Origin: Candidatus Paracaedimonas acanthamoebae
Lineage (GTDB): Bacteria; Pseudomonadota; Alphaproteobacteria; Caedimonadales; Caedimonadaceae
Direction of reading: 5' to 3'
Length of the DNA: 32,000 nucleotides
NCBI GenBank assembly: GCA_000743035.1
Contig: CP008937.1
Span: forward strand, 60,001 to 92,000
In this document: in pieces, positions 1 to 7,303 of the stretch
Layout: each line of letters begins with the position of its first letter
How positions within the stretch are numbered: position 1 is the first letter of the stretch
Notes under the pieces: model-generated
The model's database searches: none
The model's input: the letters and a program-made list of their open reading frames with translations, nothing else
What the model was told of the DNA's origin: nothing
Position numbers and translations under genes: made by a program

Positions 1-1
1 A

Positions 2-403
2 ACAGCTTTATATGTTAACCTACCTGCCATTAAAAGAGCAGAAATATTATCTGACGGCAATAAGAAGATCACGGCACAAATAATAGTTTATATTAGAATT
101 ATAACGACTTCCTACGAAGCTAAAAATATAAGAGGAGCAGATATTGCTGCAGATCTTCTTGGTTATATTTCTACTAAAAGATGGGCAGTGCCCTATGCTT
201 TTTCTGCTCAGAATGTTCAAGCTGATGATTGCTATGGTTTTAACAAAGATAATATCCAAATTATCTTAGGAGACAACAGTCATTGGACTCCAAGTATTTT
301 AGCACAGGTACAACGTCTGTATGATGTAAGTCATGGGGAAGGTGATGTATCTGTATGGATGGTAAGTTGGGAACAACCATTACAATTTAATCAAGTTGAG
401 TAA
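2..403 (+). CDS. 3' part of an unidentified protein directly upstream of the baseplate genes (5' end outside the window). It occupies the position of the tail-completion genes in P2-like clusters, but I do not recognise the family.
   Basis: Frame 2 is open from nt 2 to TAA 401-403. The ORF track shows only the part after an internal GTG at 188. Same strand as the tail genes, and the stop lies 7 nt before the gpV-like ATG. Confidence 0.45.
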   Translation, partial: TALYVNLPAIKRAEILSDGNKKITAQIIVYIRIITTSYEAKNIRGADIAADLLGYISTKRWAVPYAFSAQNVQADDCYGFNKDNIQIILGDNSHWTPSILAQVQRLYDVSHGEGDVSVWMVSWEQPLQFNQVE

Positions 404-410
404 TTAACTA

Positions 411-1019
411 ATGGATAACAATTTTTTACTTATTGAACATGATCGTATGCTTAGTAATATGGTGCGCATTGGATTAGTCGAAGAGGTAAATTATAAAAAA
501 GCTCGAGCTAAGATAAAGCTAGAGGATGATTTTGCAACATATTGGTTGCCATGGTTGACACGCAAAGCCGGTGCTTCTTATGAGTATTGGGCTTTAGAAA
601 AGGAGGAACAAGTTGTTGTTGTTTTTCCTTCAGGAGACTTAAATCAAGGAATCATCATAGGGTCTATTTGTAAAGGGGATCCTGATAATAAATTAATTCC
701 CAATTCAACTAGCTCTAAAGAAGATCAAGCTTCAAAACTACAGACTTTGCATAAGGTAGTTTATAAAGATGAGTCATCTTTTTCTTACGACTGTAATAAA
801 GACGCGCATAATTTTTTTCTTGAAATAAGAGATAATAGTAATAAAGCGGCCATAGAAATCAATGCAGATCCGCAAAAAGGAATTTCTATCAATATAAAGG
901 GTAGCGGGGAACTTAATTTTATAAGTGAGGGCGAGATAAATATTAAAAGCTCTCAAGCTATAAAAATTAAAGGTAAATCCCTGGATATTGAAGTAGATGA
1001 AGTAGTTCAAGTGAGATGA
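411..1019 (+). CDS. gpV: Baseplate central spike / baseplate assembly protein V (P2 gpV-like, Phage_base_V family)
   Basis: The N-terminal half (NMVRIGLVEEVNYKKARAKIKL..YWLPWLTRKAG..YWALEKEEQVVVVFPSGDLNQGIIIGS) follows the gpV OB-fold pattern as I remember it from P2. The C-terminus is beta-helix-like (ISINIKGSGELNFISEGEINIKSS). It is the first gene of a V-W-J-I-H series. Confidence 0.85.
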   Translation: MDNNFLLIEHDRMLSNMVRIGLVEEVNYKKARAKIKLEDDFATYWLPWLTRKAGASYEYWALEKEEQVVVVFPSGDLNQGIIIGSICKGDPDNKLIPNSTSSKEDQASKLQTLHKVVYKDESSFSYDCNKDAHNFFLEIRDNSNKAAIEINADPQKGISINIKGSGELNFISEGEINIKSSQAIKIKGKSLDIEVDEVVQVR

Positions 1020-1032
1020 GGAAAATAATATA

Positions 1033-1377
1033 ATGGCAGGGATGGATGCAGAAACAGGGAAGCTTATTGAAGGACTTGATCATTTAAAGCAATCAATTTT
1101 GGATATTCTTAAAACACCTTTAGGTTCACGTGTTATGCGTCGTGATTATGGGTCTAGAATTTTCTCAATGTTAGATCAGCCAATTAATCAGGAGCTTATT
1201 TTACAATTGCAAGCATCTGTTGCAGAAGCCTTGACTACTTATGAACCACGTTTACGTCTTTCCAGGGTTAAAGTAGACAGCCGAGGACCTGGGGAAATTT
1301 TAATAAAAATAGAAGGCTATCATGCCGTTGATGGCCAGCCCATAAATTTAAGTGAACGAATTGAAATGATGAATTAA
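1033..1377 (+). CDS. gpW: Baseplate wedge protein W (P2 gpW / T4 gp25-like)
   Basis: 114 aa. The motif ILKTPLGSRVMRRDYGS..LDQP matches the GPW_gp25 signature (GxRvmrxdyGs). Size and position match P2 gpW. Confidence 0.9.
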   Translation: MAGMDAETGKLIEGLDHLKQSILDILKTPLGSRVMRRDYGSRIFSMLDQPINQELILQLQASVAEALTTYEPRLRLSRVKVDSRGPGEILIKIEGYHAVDGQPINLSERIEMMN

Positions 1378-1414
1378 TAACTGCTGTAATCGGGCGTACA
1401 AGGGGGAGGAAGTT

Positions 1415-2278
1415 TTGGGGTTTAAAACTGATTTTGAGACACTAGACTTTGAGACTATTGTCCAAGAAATGAAGCAATCATTAATTAAAAAATGGAAAAG
1501 CATCAATGTTCATGTTGATGAACTTCTCGAAAGTGATCCTGCGGTTAAAATTATTGAGATTGCAGCATATCAAGAATTGTATGCACGTCAAAGTATTAAA
1601 GAATCAATAAAAAAAGTTTTTGTGCAAAGTGCTCAAGATAAAGATTTAGAAAATCTTGCAACTCTATTTAATCTCAAACGACTTAAGAATGAAGATGACA
1701 ATAAGTTTCGAGAAAGGATTATGTCTTCGCGCTATTTAGAGCAATCTGCAGGAACTAAAGCAGCTTATGAGCAATGTGTTCTTAGTCATTCCTATGTTCA
1801 AGATGCAAAAGCACTGTGTAATGAAGATTCAAAAATAGAAATAATTGTTTTGTTGCAAGTACATGAAGAACAATTATTCTCCACACTTGAAAAGGAGATA
1901 GGAAGGCATATTGAAGAAAGGCGTGTCATTACTGATTATGTAGTTCTAAAACCTGCGTATATCCATTCTTATCAACTTTCTGCAGAATTATACCTTCGAC
2001 CTGGCCCAGGCATTTTTGAAGTAGGACAACAAGCGAAGAGGCGTCTAATAGACTATATTAAAATAAATTATAAGCTTGGACATACAATAAGTTTAGCAGG
2101 AATTTATAATTCTCTTACCTTGCCAGGAGTATACAAAATTGAACTCAAATCACCTCTGGAAGATATTTATGCAAAAGACCATGAAGCGTCTAGATGCGAG
2201 CAAATTGATTTAAAGCTTATAACCCCTACAGGATCTATTTCATTACCTCTTTTAGGTAAGGAGGAGATCTATGCCTAA
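1415..2278 (+). CDS. gpJ: Baseplate wedge protein J (P2 gpJ / T4 gp6-like, Baseplate_J family)
   Basis: 287 aa, TTG start 5 nt after GGGGGAGGA. The segments LDFETIV.., LESDPAVKIIEIAAYQELYARQ, LENLATLFNLKRLKNEDDNKFRERI and SAELYLRPGPG..LGHTISLAGIYNSL..GVYKIEL parallel P2 gpJ along its whole length. Confidence 0.85.
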   Translation: MGFKTDFETLDFETIVQEMKQSLIKKWKSINVHVDELLESDPAVKIIEIAAYQELYARQSIKESIKKVFVQSAQDKDLENLATLFNLKRLKNEDDNKFRERIMSSRYLEQSAGTKAAYEQCVLSHSYVQDAKALCNEDSKIEIIVLLQVHEEQLFSTLEKEIGRHIEERRVITDYVVLKPAYIHSYQLSAELYLRPGPGIFEVGQQAKRRLIDYIKINYKLGHTISLAGIYNSLTLPGVYKIELKSPLEDIYAKDHEASRCEQIDLKLITPTGSISLPLLGKEEIYA

Positions 2279-3248
2279 TAATAAGATGCCTACTAGCTTT
2301 GGGTATAAGTCAATTATGTCTCCTTTGCTGATTGACTTAGCAAGCCTAGAGGTTCCTTTTTTCGTACCTTTAAGGCCTCGGAAAGATCTACTAAAAGAGT
2401 TGTCTGAGAAGATTTCCAATGAACCGATGGTTTTAAAACTGTTAGAAGTTATTGTTGAGCGTGAAGAAAGTCTTCGACAGTGGATTAATGAGATGTCTCG
2501 AGATGTTCTGTTAGCTACAGCTAAAGGAGATTATCTAGATCAAATTGTTTCTCTATATGGAGTTAAGCGTTTAACAAAAGAAGATGATGAAATTTTGCGA
2601 CAACGTACGCTTTTATCTCTTTATGGTTATGGTGCTTCAGGATCAAAAGAAAATTACTTATTCCATATTTATTCCTTAAACCAAGATAACGCTATTCAAG
2701 ATGTGAACATTCATTCTCTAGATCCTGGTAAGGTTTTAGTCACCTTATTACCGACTATAATTTCTCCAGACAAACCTGTATTTACACCTGAAAAATTAAC
2801 TGAAAAAGTGTCTTCTTACCTTAAGGTTCATGCACCCCTTACTGATAAAATTGAAGTAAAATTTGCTGAAATTTTTTCTTATGTTATTCAAGTTAATTTA
2901 GTGCTTTATAATGATGAAAATTTAGAACAAATAAGACAAGAAGTTGAAACACGATTACAAAGTTTTGCTAAGATTAATTACATATTAGGGCAATCTATTG
3001 AAACCAGTGCTTTACAGGCTGCAATCTACCATCCAGACATCAAGGCTAATAAGGTCAGAATAGAAGGATGCTTTCTCAAAGAGGGAACTAAAAAAACATA
3101 TGATATGAAAATTCAAAACCTAATTGGACTCAGTTTTAATCAAGCTCCTTATTGCAATTATCAAAAGCAACAAGAAGAAACTCCACTAGATCCTTCTCAT
3201 CCTGAACTTTATGGAATTCAAGTTTCAATTACTAAACATTTAGATTAA
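2271..3248 (+). CDS. Second Baseplate_J-like protein (paralogue of the preceding gene)
   Basis: 325 aa. ATG follows AAGGAGG and overlaps the upstream stop by 8 nt. It shares J-family blocks with the neighbour: YLDQIVSLYGVKRLTKEDDEILRQRT vs LENLATLFNLKRLKNEDDNKFRERI, and INYILGQSIETSALQAAI vs INYKLGHTISLAGIYNSL. Confidence 0.7.
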   Translation: MPNNKMPTSFGYKSIMSPLLIDLASLEVPFFVPLRPRKDLLKELSEKISNEPMVLKLLEVIVEREESLRQWINEMSRDVLLATAKGDYLDQIVSLYGVKRLTKEDDEILRQRTLLSLYGYGASGSKENYLFHIYSLNQDNAIQDVNIHSLDPGKVLVTLLPTIISPDKPVFTPEKLTEKVSSYLKVHAPLTDKIEVKFAEIFSYVIQVNLVLYNDENLEQIRQEVETRLQSFAKINYILGQSIETSALQAAIYHPDIKANKVRIEGCFLKEGTKKTYDMKIQNLIGLSFNQAPYCNYQKQQEETPLDPSHPELYGIQVSITKHLD

Positions 3249-3251
3249 AAA

Positions 3252-3887
3252 ATGACGACATTAACTCCTTTACTTCCTCCTCATGCGACACAACTTGAAA
3301 AAACCTTATGCCAAGCCACAGAACGTTTGAATGAAATTCTGTTAATACACACAACTGAAGGTAATGATTTAAAACCTTCTGTAAGAATTAATATTAATCA
3401 GTTATGGGATGTGGATCATTGTCCAGAAAAATTTCTTCCTTGGCTTGCTTGGGCTTTGGCCGTCAACGTTTGGGATGAAGGATGGTCAGAGGAAAAAAAA
3501 CGAGCGGTCATTAAAAACAGTGCTTTAGTACATAGCAAAAAAGGAACAATTTCGGCGATTAAAGAAGCCGTAAAACCCTTTGGAGTTTCAGCCCATGTGA
3601 CAGAATGGTGGGAAAAGAAAGTTCCTATAGAAAGGCGTAAACCTTACCATTTTTACATAGATATATTCGTTGATACAAATCTTTCTCAAAAAGATTTCCC
3701 TGAGATAAATGAGACCTTTATCGCAAACCTGCGACAAGTCATTGATACTGTCAAACCTTTAAGGAGTACTTACAAAATAGCAATAGGAATTACTCTTCGT
3801 CTTGAGAGTAAACTAAATATGGTTTGTCGTATGAGTGCTTTACCCCTTTTACGTTCAACATTTTTATTAGAAAAAAGAGAGCAATAA
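3252..3887 (+). CDS. gpI: Baseplate/tail protein I (P2 gpI-like, Tail_P2_I family)
   Basis: LWDVDHCPEKFLPWLAWALAVNVWDEGWSEEKKRAVIKNSALVHSKKGTISAIKEAVKPFG..VTEWWE matches the conserved core of P2 gpI. Position is after J. Confidence 0.9.
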   Translation: MTTLTPLLPPHATQLEKTLCQATERLNEILLIHTTEGNDLKPSVRININQLWDVDHCPEKFLPWLAWALAVNVWDEGWSEEKKRAVIKNSALVHSKKGTISAIKEAVKPFGVSAHVTEWWEKKVPIERRKPYHFYIDIFVDTNLSQKDFPEINETFIANLRQVIDTVKPLRSTYKIAIGITLRLESKLNMVCRMSALPLLRSTFLLEKREQ

Positions 3888-3889
3888 AT

Positions 3890-5077
3890 ATGAGTAATAT
3901 ATTTAAACCTGTCATTACAAATAAAGGCCTAGAAGTTATAAGTAAATTACAAGCAGTAAATAAACCTTGCCAGATCACGCATGTTGCTCTTGGGTCAGGT
4001 GCATCCTATATAGCAACAGGGCAAGAAAGCAGCCTAAAAGAAGAAAAACAACGCGTTCCTATATCCGATTGTCAATGGATTGAAAATGGTCAAAATGGGC
4101 AGATTCATCTAAAAGCTGTGGCAGATGATCAGCATGCTGAGCCTTATGATATTTTTGAAGTCGGATTTATTATAAAAGGGGTGAATGGAGAGCAAGTTTT
4201 ATTTGCCCTTTACACGACAGGAAATGCAACTAAGCTTGTCTATAAAAGCAAAGAAGCCGATGTTTTATTAGCGTTTGATCTCGTTTTGGGGTTATCTGAC
4301 CAAGAAATAAGATTATTGATTCCATCCACCAAATCTGGAGAGGGATTTTCCTATCCTGTTGCAACAGTCGAAAAACCAGGAATTGTTTCTCTTGCAACTG
4401 CTGAGCAAGTCAAAGATGGTAAAGACAGTAGCTCGGTTATTACCTCTGCAACACTAGCCCCCCTCTTGGAAGAAATTAAAAATCTCCAAGCAAAATTTAA
4501 TACAAGATTAGATTCATTTGGGCAAATTCCAGTTGGAACTATTATCGATTGGTGGAGACCTGAAGAGAATGAACGGTATCTTTTTCCTGTAGGGTTTGTG
4601 ATCTGCGATGGACGTATCATTGATGATTCTCAAAGCGTCTACCATGGTAAGGCAGTCCCAAATCTAATTGATAAATTTATTAGAGCTGTTCCTATAAATA
4701 GATTAGGTGAAGTGGGCGGGAAAAGCGAGTGGAATGCGCAACAAGACCCAACTCTTTTAACTGATGCGATAGGAAGCCATAGTCATAATTATAAAGATCT
4801 AAAATCTTTAACGGGTTGGGTAGTACCAATTGCTAACTATCCTAAAAAAGAAGATAAACCTTGGGCTTGTGGCGTATATAACTCGGATGGGAAGCTTGAA
4901 GATGCCATGTTTAGAACTAGAGGGAAGAATGATTCTACTGACCATAATGAAGGGCAGCATCGACATTCCCTTCCAGACCTTAATTCTGATGGAAACCATA
5001 CACATAAAATTGTTGAAGGAAAGATTGCAACGATTCCCCCTTATTTTGGTCTCTTAAAACTGATTAGAATTAAGTAA
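3890..5077 (+). CDS. gpH: Tail fibre (P2 gpH-like N-terminus; collar-like domain and HxH-rich C-terminus)
   Basis: I prefer ATG 3890 (MSNIFKPVITNKGLEVISKL..ITHVALGSG), 3 nt after the gpI stop. This resembles the conserved N-terminus of P2-type fibres. The track start at 3824 would overlap gpI by 64 nt. The C-terminal part has a collar-like segment (PVGFVICDGRII..GKAVPNLIDKFIR) and three HxH motifs. Confidence 0.8.
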   Translation: MSNIFKPVITNKGLEVISKLQAVNKPCQITHVALGSGASYIATGQESSLKEEKQRVPISDCQWIENGQNGQIHLKAVADDQHAEPYDIFEVGFIIKGVNGEQVLFALYTTGNATKLVYKSKEADVLLAFDLVLGLSDQEIRLLIPSTKSGEGFSYPVATVEKPGIVSLATAEQVKDGKDSSSVITSATLAPLLEEIKNLQAKFNTRLDSFGQIPVGTIIDWWRPEENERYLFPVGFVICDGRIIDDSQSVYHGKAVPNLIDKFIRAVPINRLGEVGGKSEWNAQQDPTLLTDAIGSHSHNYKDLKSLTGWVVPIANYPKKEDKPWACGVYNSDGKLEDAMFRTRGKNDSTDHNEGQHRHSLPDLNSDGNHTHKIVEGKIATIPPYFGLLKLIRIK

Positions 5078-5187
5078 AAAATTTAAAAATTCTATAAATA
5101 AAGAGGCAAGATATTAAAGTAAAATTAATCTTTTTATATTTAAATTAACCTATCAATATTTAACATCCTTAGGGAAGAAAGGTGATT

Positions 5188-6330
5188 ATGTCAGAAGATT
5201 TTTTACATGGAATTGAAATTCAAGAACAAGATATAGGGCCTCGTTCAATAGGACTAATAGATTCATCTGTTATTGGACTTGTGGGAACAGCAACAGGGAT
5301 TGAAAAAAATAGACCCATATTAATTAAAGGATCAAAAGATCCTCTTTTAGAAAAATTAGGAAAAGCAGGAACAATTCCAACCGCACTCGCTGGTATTTTT
5401 GATCAAACAGAAGCCCAAGTTGTTGTTGTTAATATAGGTGAAGGAACTGCAGATGATGAAGCTGGAGAAGACACGGCAGGAAATGGTGGTAAGCCAAAAC
5501 TAAAAGGGACTTCTAATTTAAAAACTGCGGCTGAGAGCCTTTTAAATGCTGAAAGTGTTGTTCACAAAACCCCCCGTATTCTTATTGCTCCAGGTTTTTC
5601 CAATAAAAAAGAAGCCATAGAAAGCTTATTATCTGTTGCTCAACGTCTTAGAAGTGTCGTGATTGCTGAGTGCCCAGAAGATGAAAATATTGATAGTTTA
5701 GGAATTGCGCATAATGATCGTCTTTATTTTATTCATCCAAGTTTCATTGTGGGAGAAAATAAACCTGAACCAGCTTCAGCACGTATAGCAGGGGTGATTG
5801 TAAGGTCAGATAATGAGCGTGGTTTTTGGTTTAGCCCTTCAAATCAACCGATCATGGGTATTAGAGGAACTAAAACACCGATTCCTTTTGCTCTTGGAGA
5901 TAAAAATGCCAAAGCAAACGAATTGAATGCGAAAGGTATTGCAACGGTTATTCATCAAAATGGGTATCGCCTATGGGGAAATCGTAGCTATTCTGACAAC
6001 TCAAAATGGCAATTTCTGAGTGTAAGACGAACAGCAGATGCAATTAACGATTCACTTCTTCAAGCACACTTTTGGGCGATTGATCGGAATATCACAAAAA
6101 CTTACGTCACAGATGTTATTGAAGGCGTAAATGTTTTCTTAAGAAGCTTAAAAGCAAAAGGAGCGATCCTCGGCGGTAAGTGCTGGGCCAATCCCGAAGA
6201 TAATACTCCTGATAAAATCCAATCAGGTCAAATTGCTTTTAATTTTGACTTTACACCCCCTTATCCGGCTGAGCGCATTACATTTAAAAGCGCAATTGTT
6301 GATAACTACCTTAAGGAACTCTTCTCATGA
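5188..6330 (+). CDS. FI: Contractile tail sheath protein (P2 gpFI-like)
   Basis: MSEDFLHGIEIQE..IGLVGTA, PRILIAPGF, GFWFSPSNQ, YRLWGNRSYSD..WQFLSVRRTAD and FNFDFTPPYPAERITF track P2 FI along its length. ATG 5188 follows GGGAAGAAAGG; GTG 5182 is an alternative start. Confidence 0.93.
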   Translation: MSEDFLHGIEIQEQDIGPRSIGLIDSSVIGLVGTATGIEKNRPILIKGSKDPLLEKLGKAGTIPTALAGIFDQTEAQVVVVNIGEGTADDEAGEDTAGNGGKPKLKGTSNLKTAAESLLNAESVVHKTPRILIAPGFSNKKEAIESLLSVAQRLRSVVIAECPEDENIDSLGIAHNDRLYFIHPSFIVGENKPEPASARIAGVIVRSDNERGFWFSPSNQPIMGIRGTKTPIPFALGDKNAKANELNAKGIATVIHQNGYRLWGNRSYSDNSKWQFLSVRRTADAINDSLLQAHFWAIDRNITKTYVTDVIEGVNVFLRSLKAKGAILGGKCWANPEDNTPDKIQSGQIAFNFDFTPPYPAERITFKSAIVDNYLKELFS

Positions 6331-6827
6331 TACCCAAGACACTCAAAAACTTTAATCTTTACATTGACGGCCGCGGTTATGCAGGTCGTGTTGAAGAAAT
6401 CAATTTACCAAAGTTATCTATTAAAACTGAAGAGTATCGTGCTGGCGGGATGGACATGCCTGTGGAAATTGATATGGGAATGCAAAAACTCGAAAGCAGT
6501 ATCACGTTGAGTGAATATGACGATGAAGTTCTAAAGCTTTTTGGAACGCATGATAATAAGCCTAATGTTAATTTTAGAGGCGCTATGGAGGATGGCTCTG
6601 GCAAAGTAACACCAGTTCTCATCGCTCTTAATGGCAAATGGCGCGACCTTGATTTTGGGAATTGGAGAAGCGGTGATAAAGCCACTTTAAAGATTGAAGT
6701 CATAGCTCATTATTATCGTCTTGAGATTGATGGCAAGGAATTAATTGAAATTGATATTGAGAACATGGTCCGAAAAATTAATGGGGAAGACCAATTAAAA
6801 CCTATTCGGGATGCCCTTGGGATCTAA
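6327..6827 (+). CDS. FII: Tail tube protein (P2 gpFII-like)
   Basis: LKNFNLYIDGRGYAGRVEEINLPKLSIKTEEYRAGGM and YYRLEIDGKELIEIDIENMVRKINGEDQL closely follow P2 FII. An ATGA start/stop overlap with the sheath gene suggests translational coupling. Confidence 0.93.
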   Translation: MIPKTLKNFNLYIDGRGYAGRVEEINLPKLSIKTEEYRAGGMDMPVEIDMGMQKLESSITLSEYDDEVLKLFGTHDNKPNVNFRGAMEDGSGKVTPVLIALNGKWRDLDFGNWRSGDKATLKIEVIAHYYRLEIDGKELIEIDIENMVRKINGEDQLKPIRDALGI

Positions 6828-6899
6828 TAAATTAAGTAAATAATGAACCTAAAAGGAGTAGGGCTTAACCCTATACCTTTCTTTTGAAAAGGAAAGATA

Positions 6900-7142
6900 A
6901 TGAGTACACAAATTGATCTTAAATACCCTATCATGGCAGAAGGCCGGGAAATAACAAGCTTGACGTTACGCCGTCCTACGGTTCGGGATCGACTAATAGC
7001 AGAAAGAACGAATGGGACAAACTTTGAAAAAGAAATTCGACTTGTTGCAGCTCTATGTGATCTTGCTCCAAATATTATTGAATCCTTAGATATGGCGGAT
7101 TATAGCGAGCTTCAAGATGCCTTATCTGATTTTTTATCCTAA
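6900..7142 (+). CDS. gpE: Tail assembly chaperone E (P2 gpE-like)
   Basis: 80 aa. L.YP....G.EI.SLTLRRPTVRD resembles the gpE family (tail assembly chaperone E/41/14). It sits between the tube gene and the tape-measure slot and ends in a slippery T-run. Confidence 0.85.
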   Translation: MSTQIDLKYPIMAEGREITSLTLRRPTVRDRLIAERTNGTNFEKEIRLVAALCDLAPNIIESLDMADYSELQDALSDFLS

Positions 7143-7282
7143 GTCCTGATGATCTTTATAAAGCGGTTATAGAGCTTAATTCTTATACTCAATGGGGATT
7201 AAATGAATTGTTGGGACTTGAGGAACAAGAAATTCTTAAGTGGAATCAGGTTGCTAAAAAGGCCTATGGGAAGAGCTATTAA
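6900..7282 (+). CDS. Tail assembly chaperone E+E' (predicted programmed -1 frameshift product)
   Basis: After a -1 slip on T_TTT_TTA (7130-7136), the -1 frame stays open for 48 codons (ILSPDDLYKAVIELNSYTQWGLNELLGLEEQEILKWNQVAKKAYGKSY) to TAA 7280-7282. The extension length and the W-containing helical motif resemble the P2 E' extension. The region is otherwise an unexplained 160-nt gap. Confidence 0.7.
7130..7136 (+). other. Slippery heptamer T_TTT_TTA for -1 ribosomal frameshifting (gpE to gpE+E')
   Basis: X_XXY_YYZ heptamer in the gpE zero frame (gaT TTT TTA tcc taa), 4 nt before the gpE stop. P2-like phages use a T-run at the equivalent place. Confidence 0.7.
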
Positions 7283-7303
7283 AAATAGTTGAGGGAAGAA
7301 TAA

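Noticed and set aside
3824-3889. The longer start for the tail-fibre ORF (MSYECFTPFTFNIFIRKKRAIN..).
   Set aside because: It overlaps the gpI 3' end by 64 nt and adds non-homologous residues. ATG 3890 lies right after the gpI stop and gives the conserved fibre N-terminus.
5078-5181. Possible P2 PF-type late promoter (Ogr/Delta-dependent, TGT-N12-ACA dyad) in the gap between the fibre and sheath genes.
   Set aside because: The position is right for a second late promoter, but I find no TGT..ACA dyad or convincing -10/-35 hexamers. The AT-richness makes any hexamer call meaningless, and no ogr-like gene is visible.
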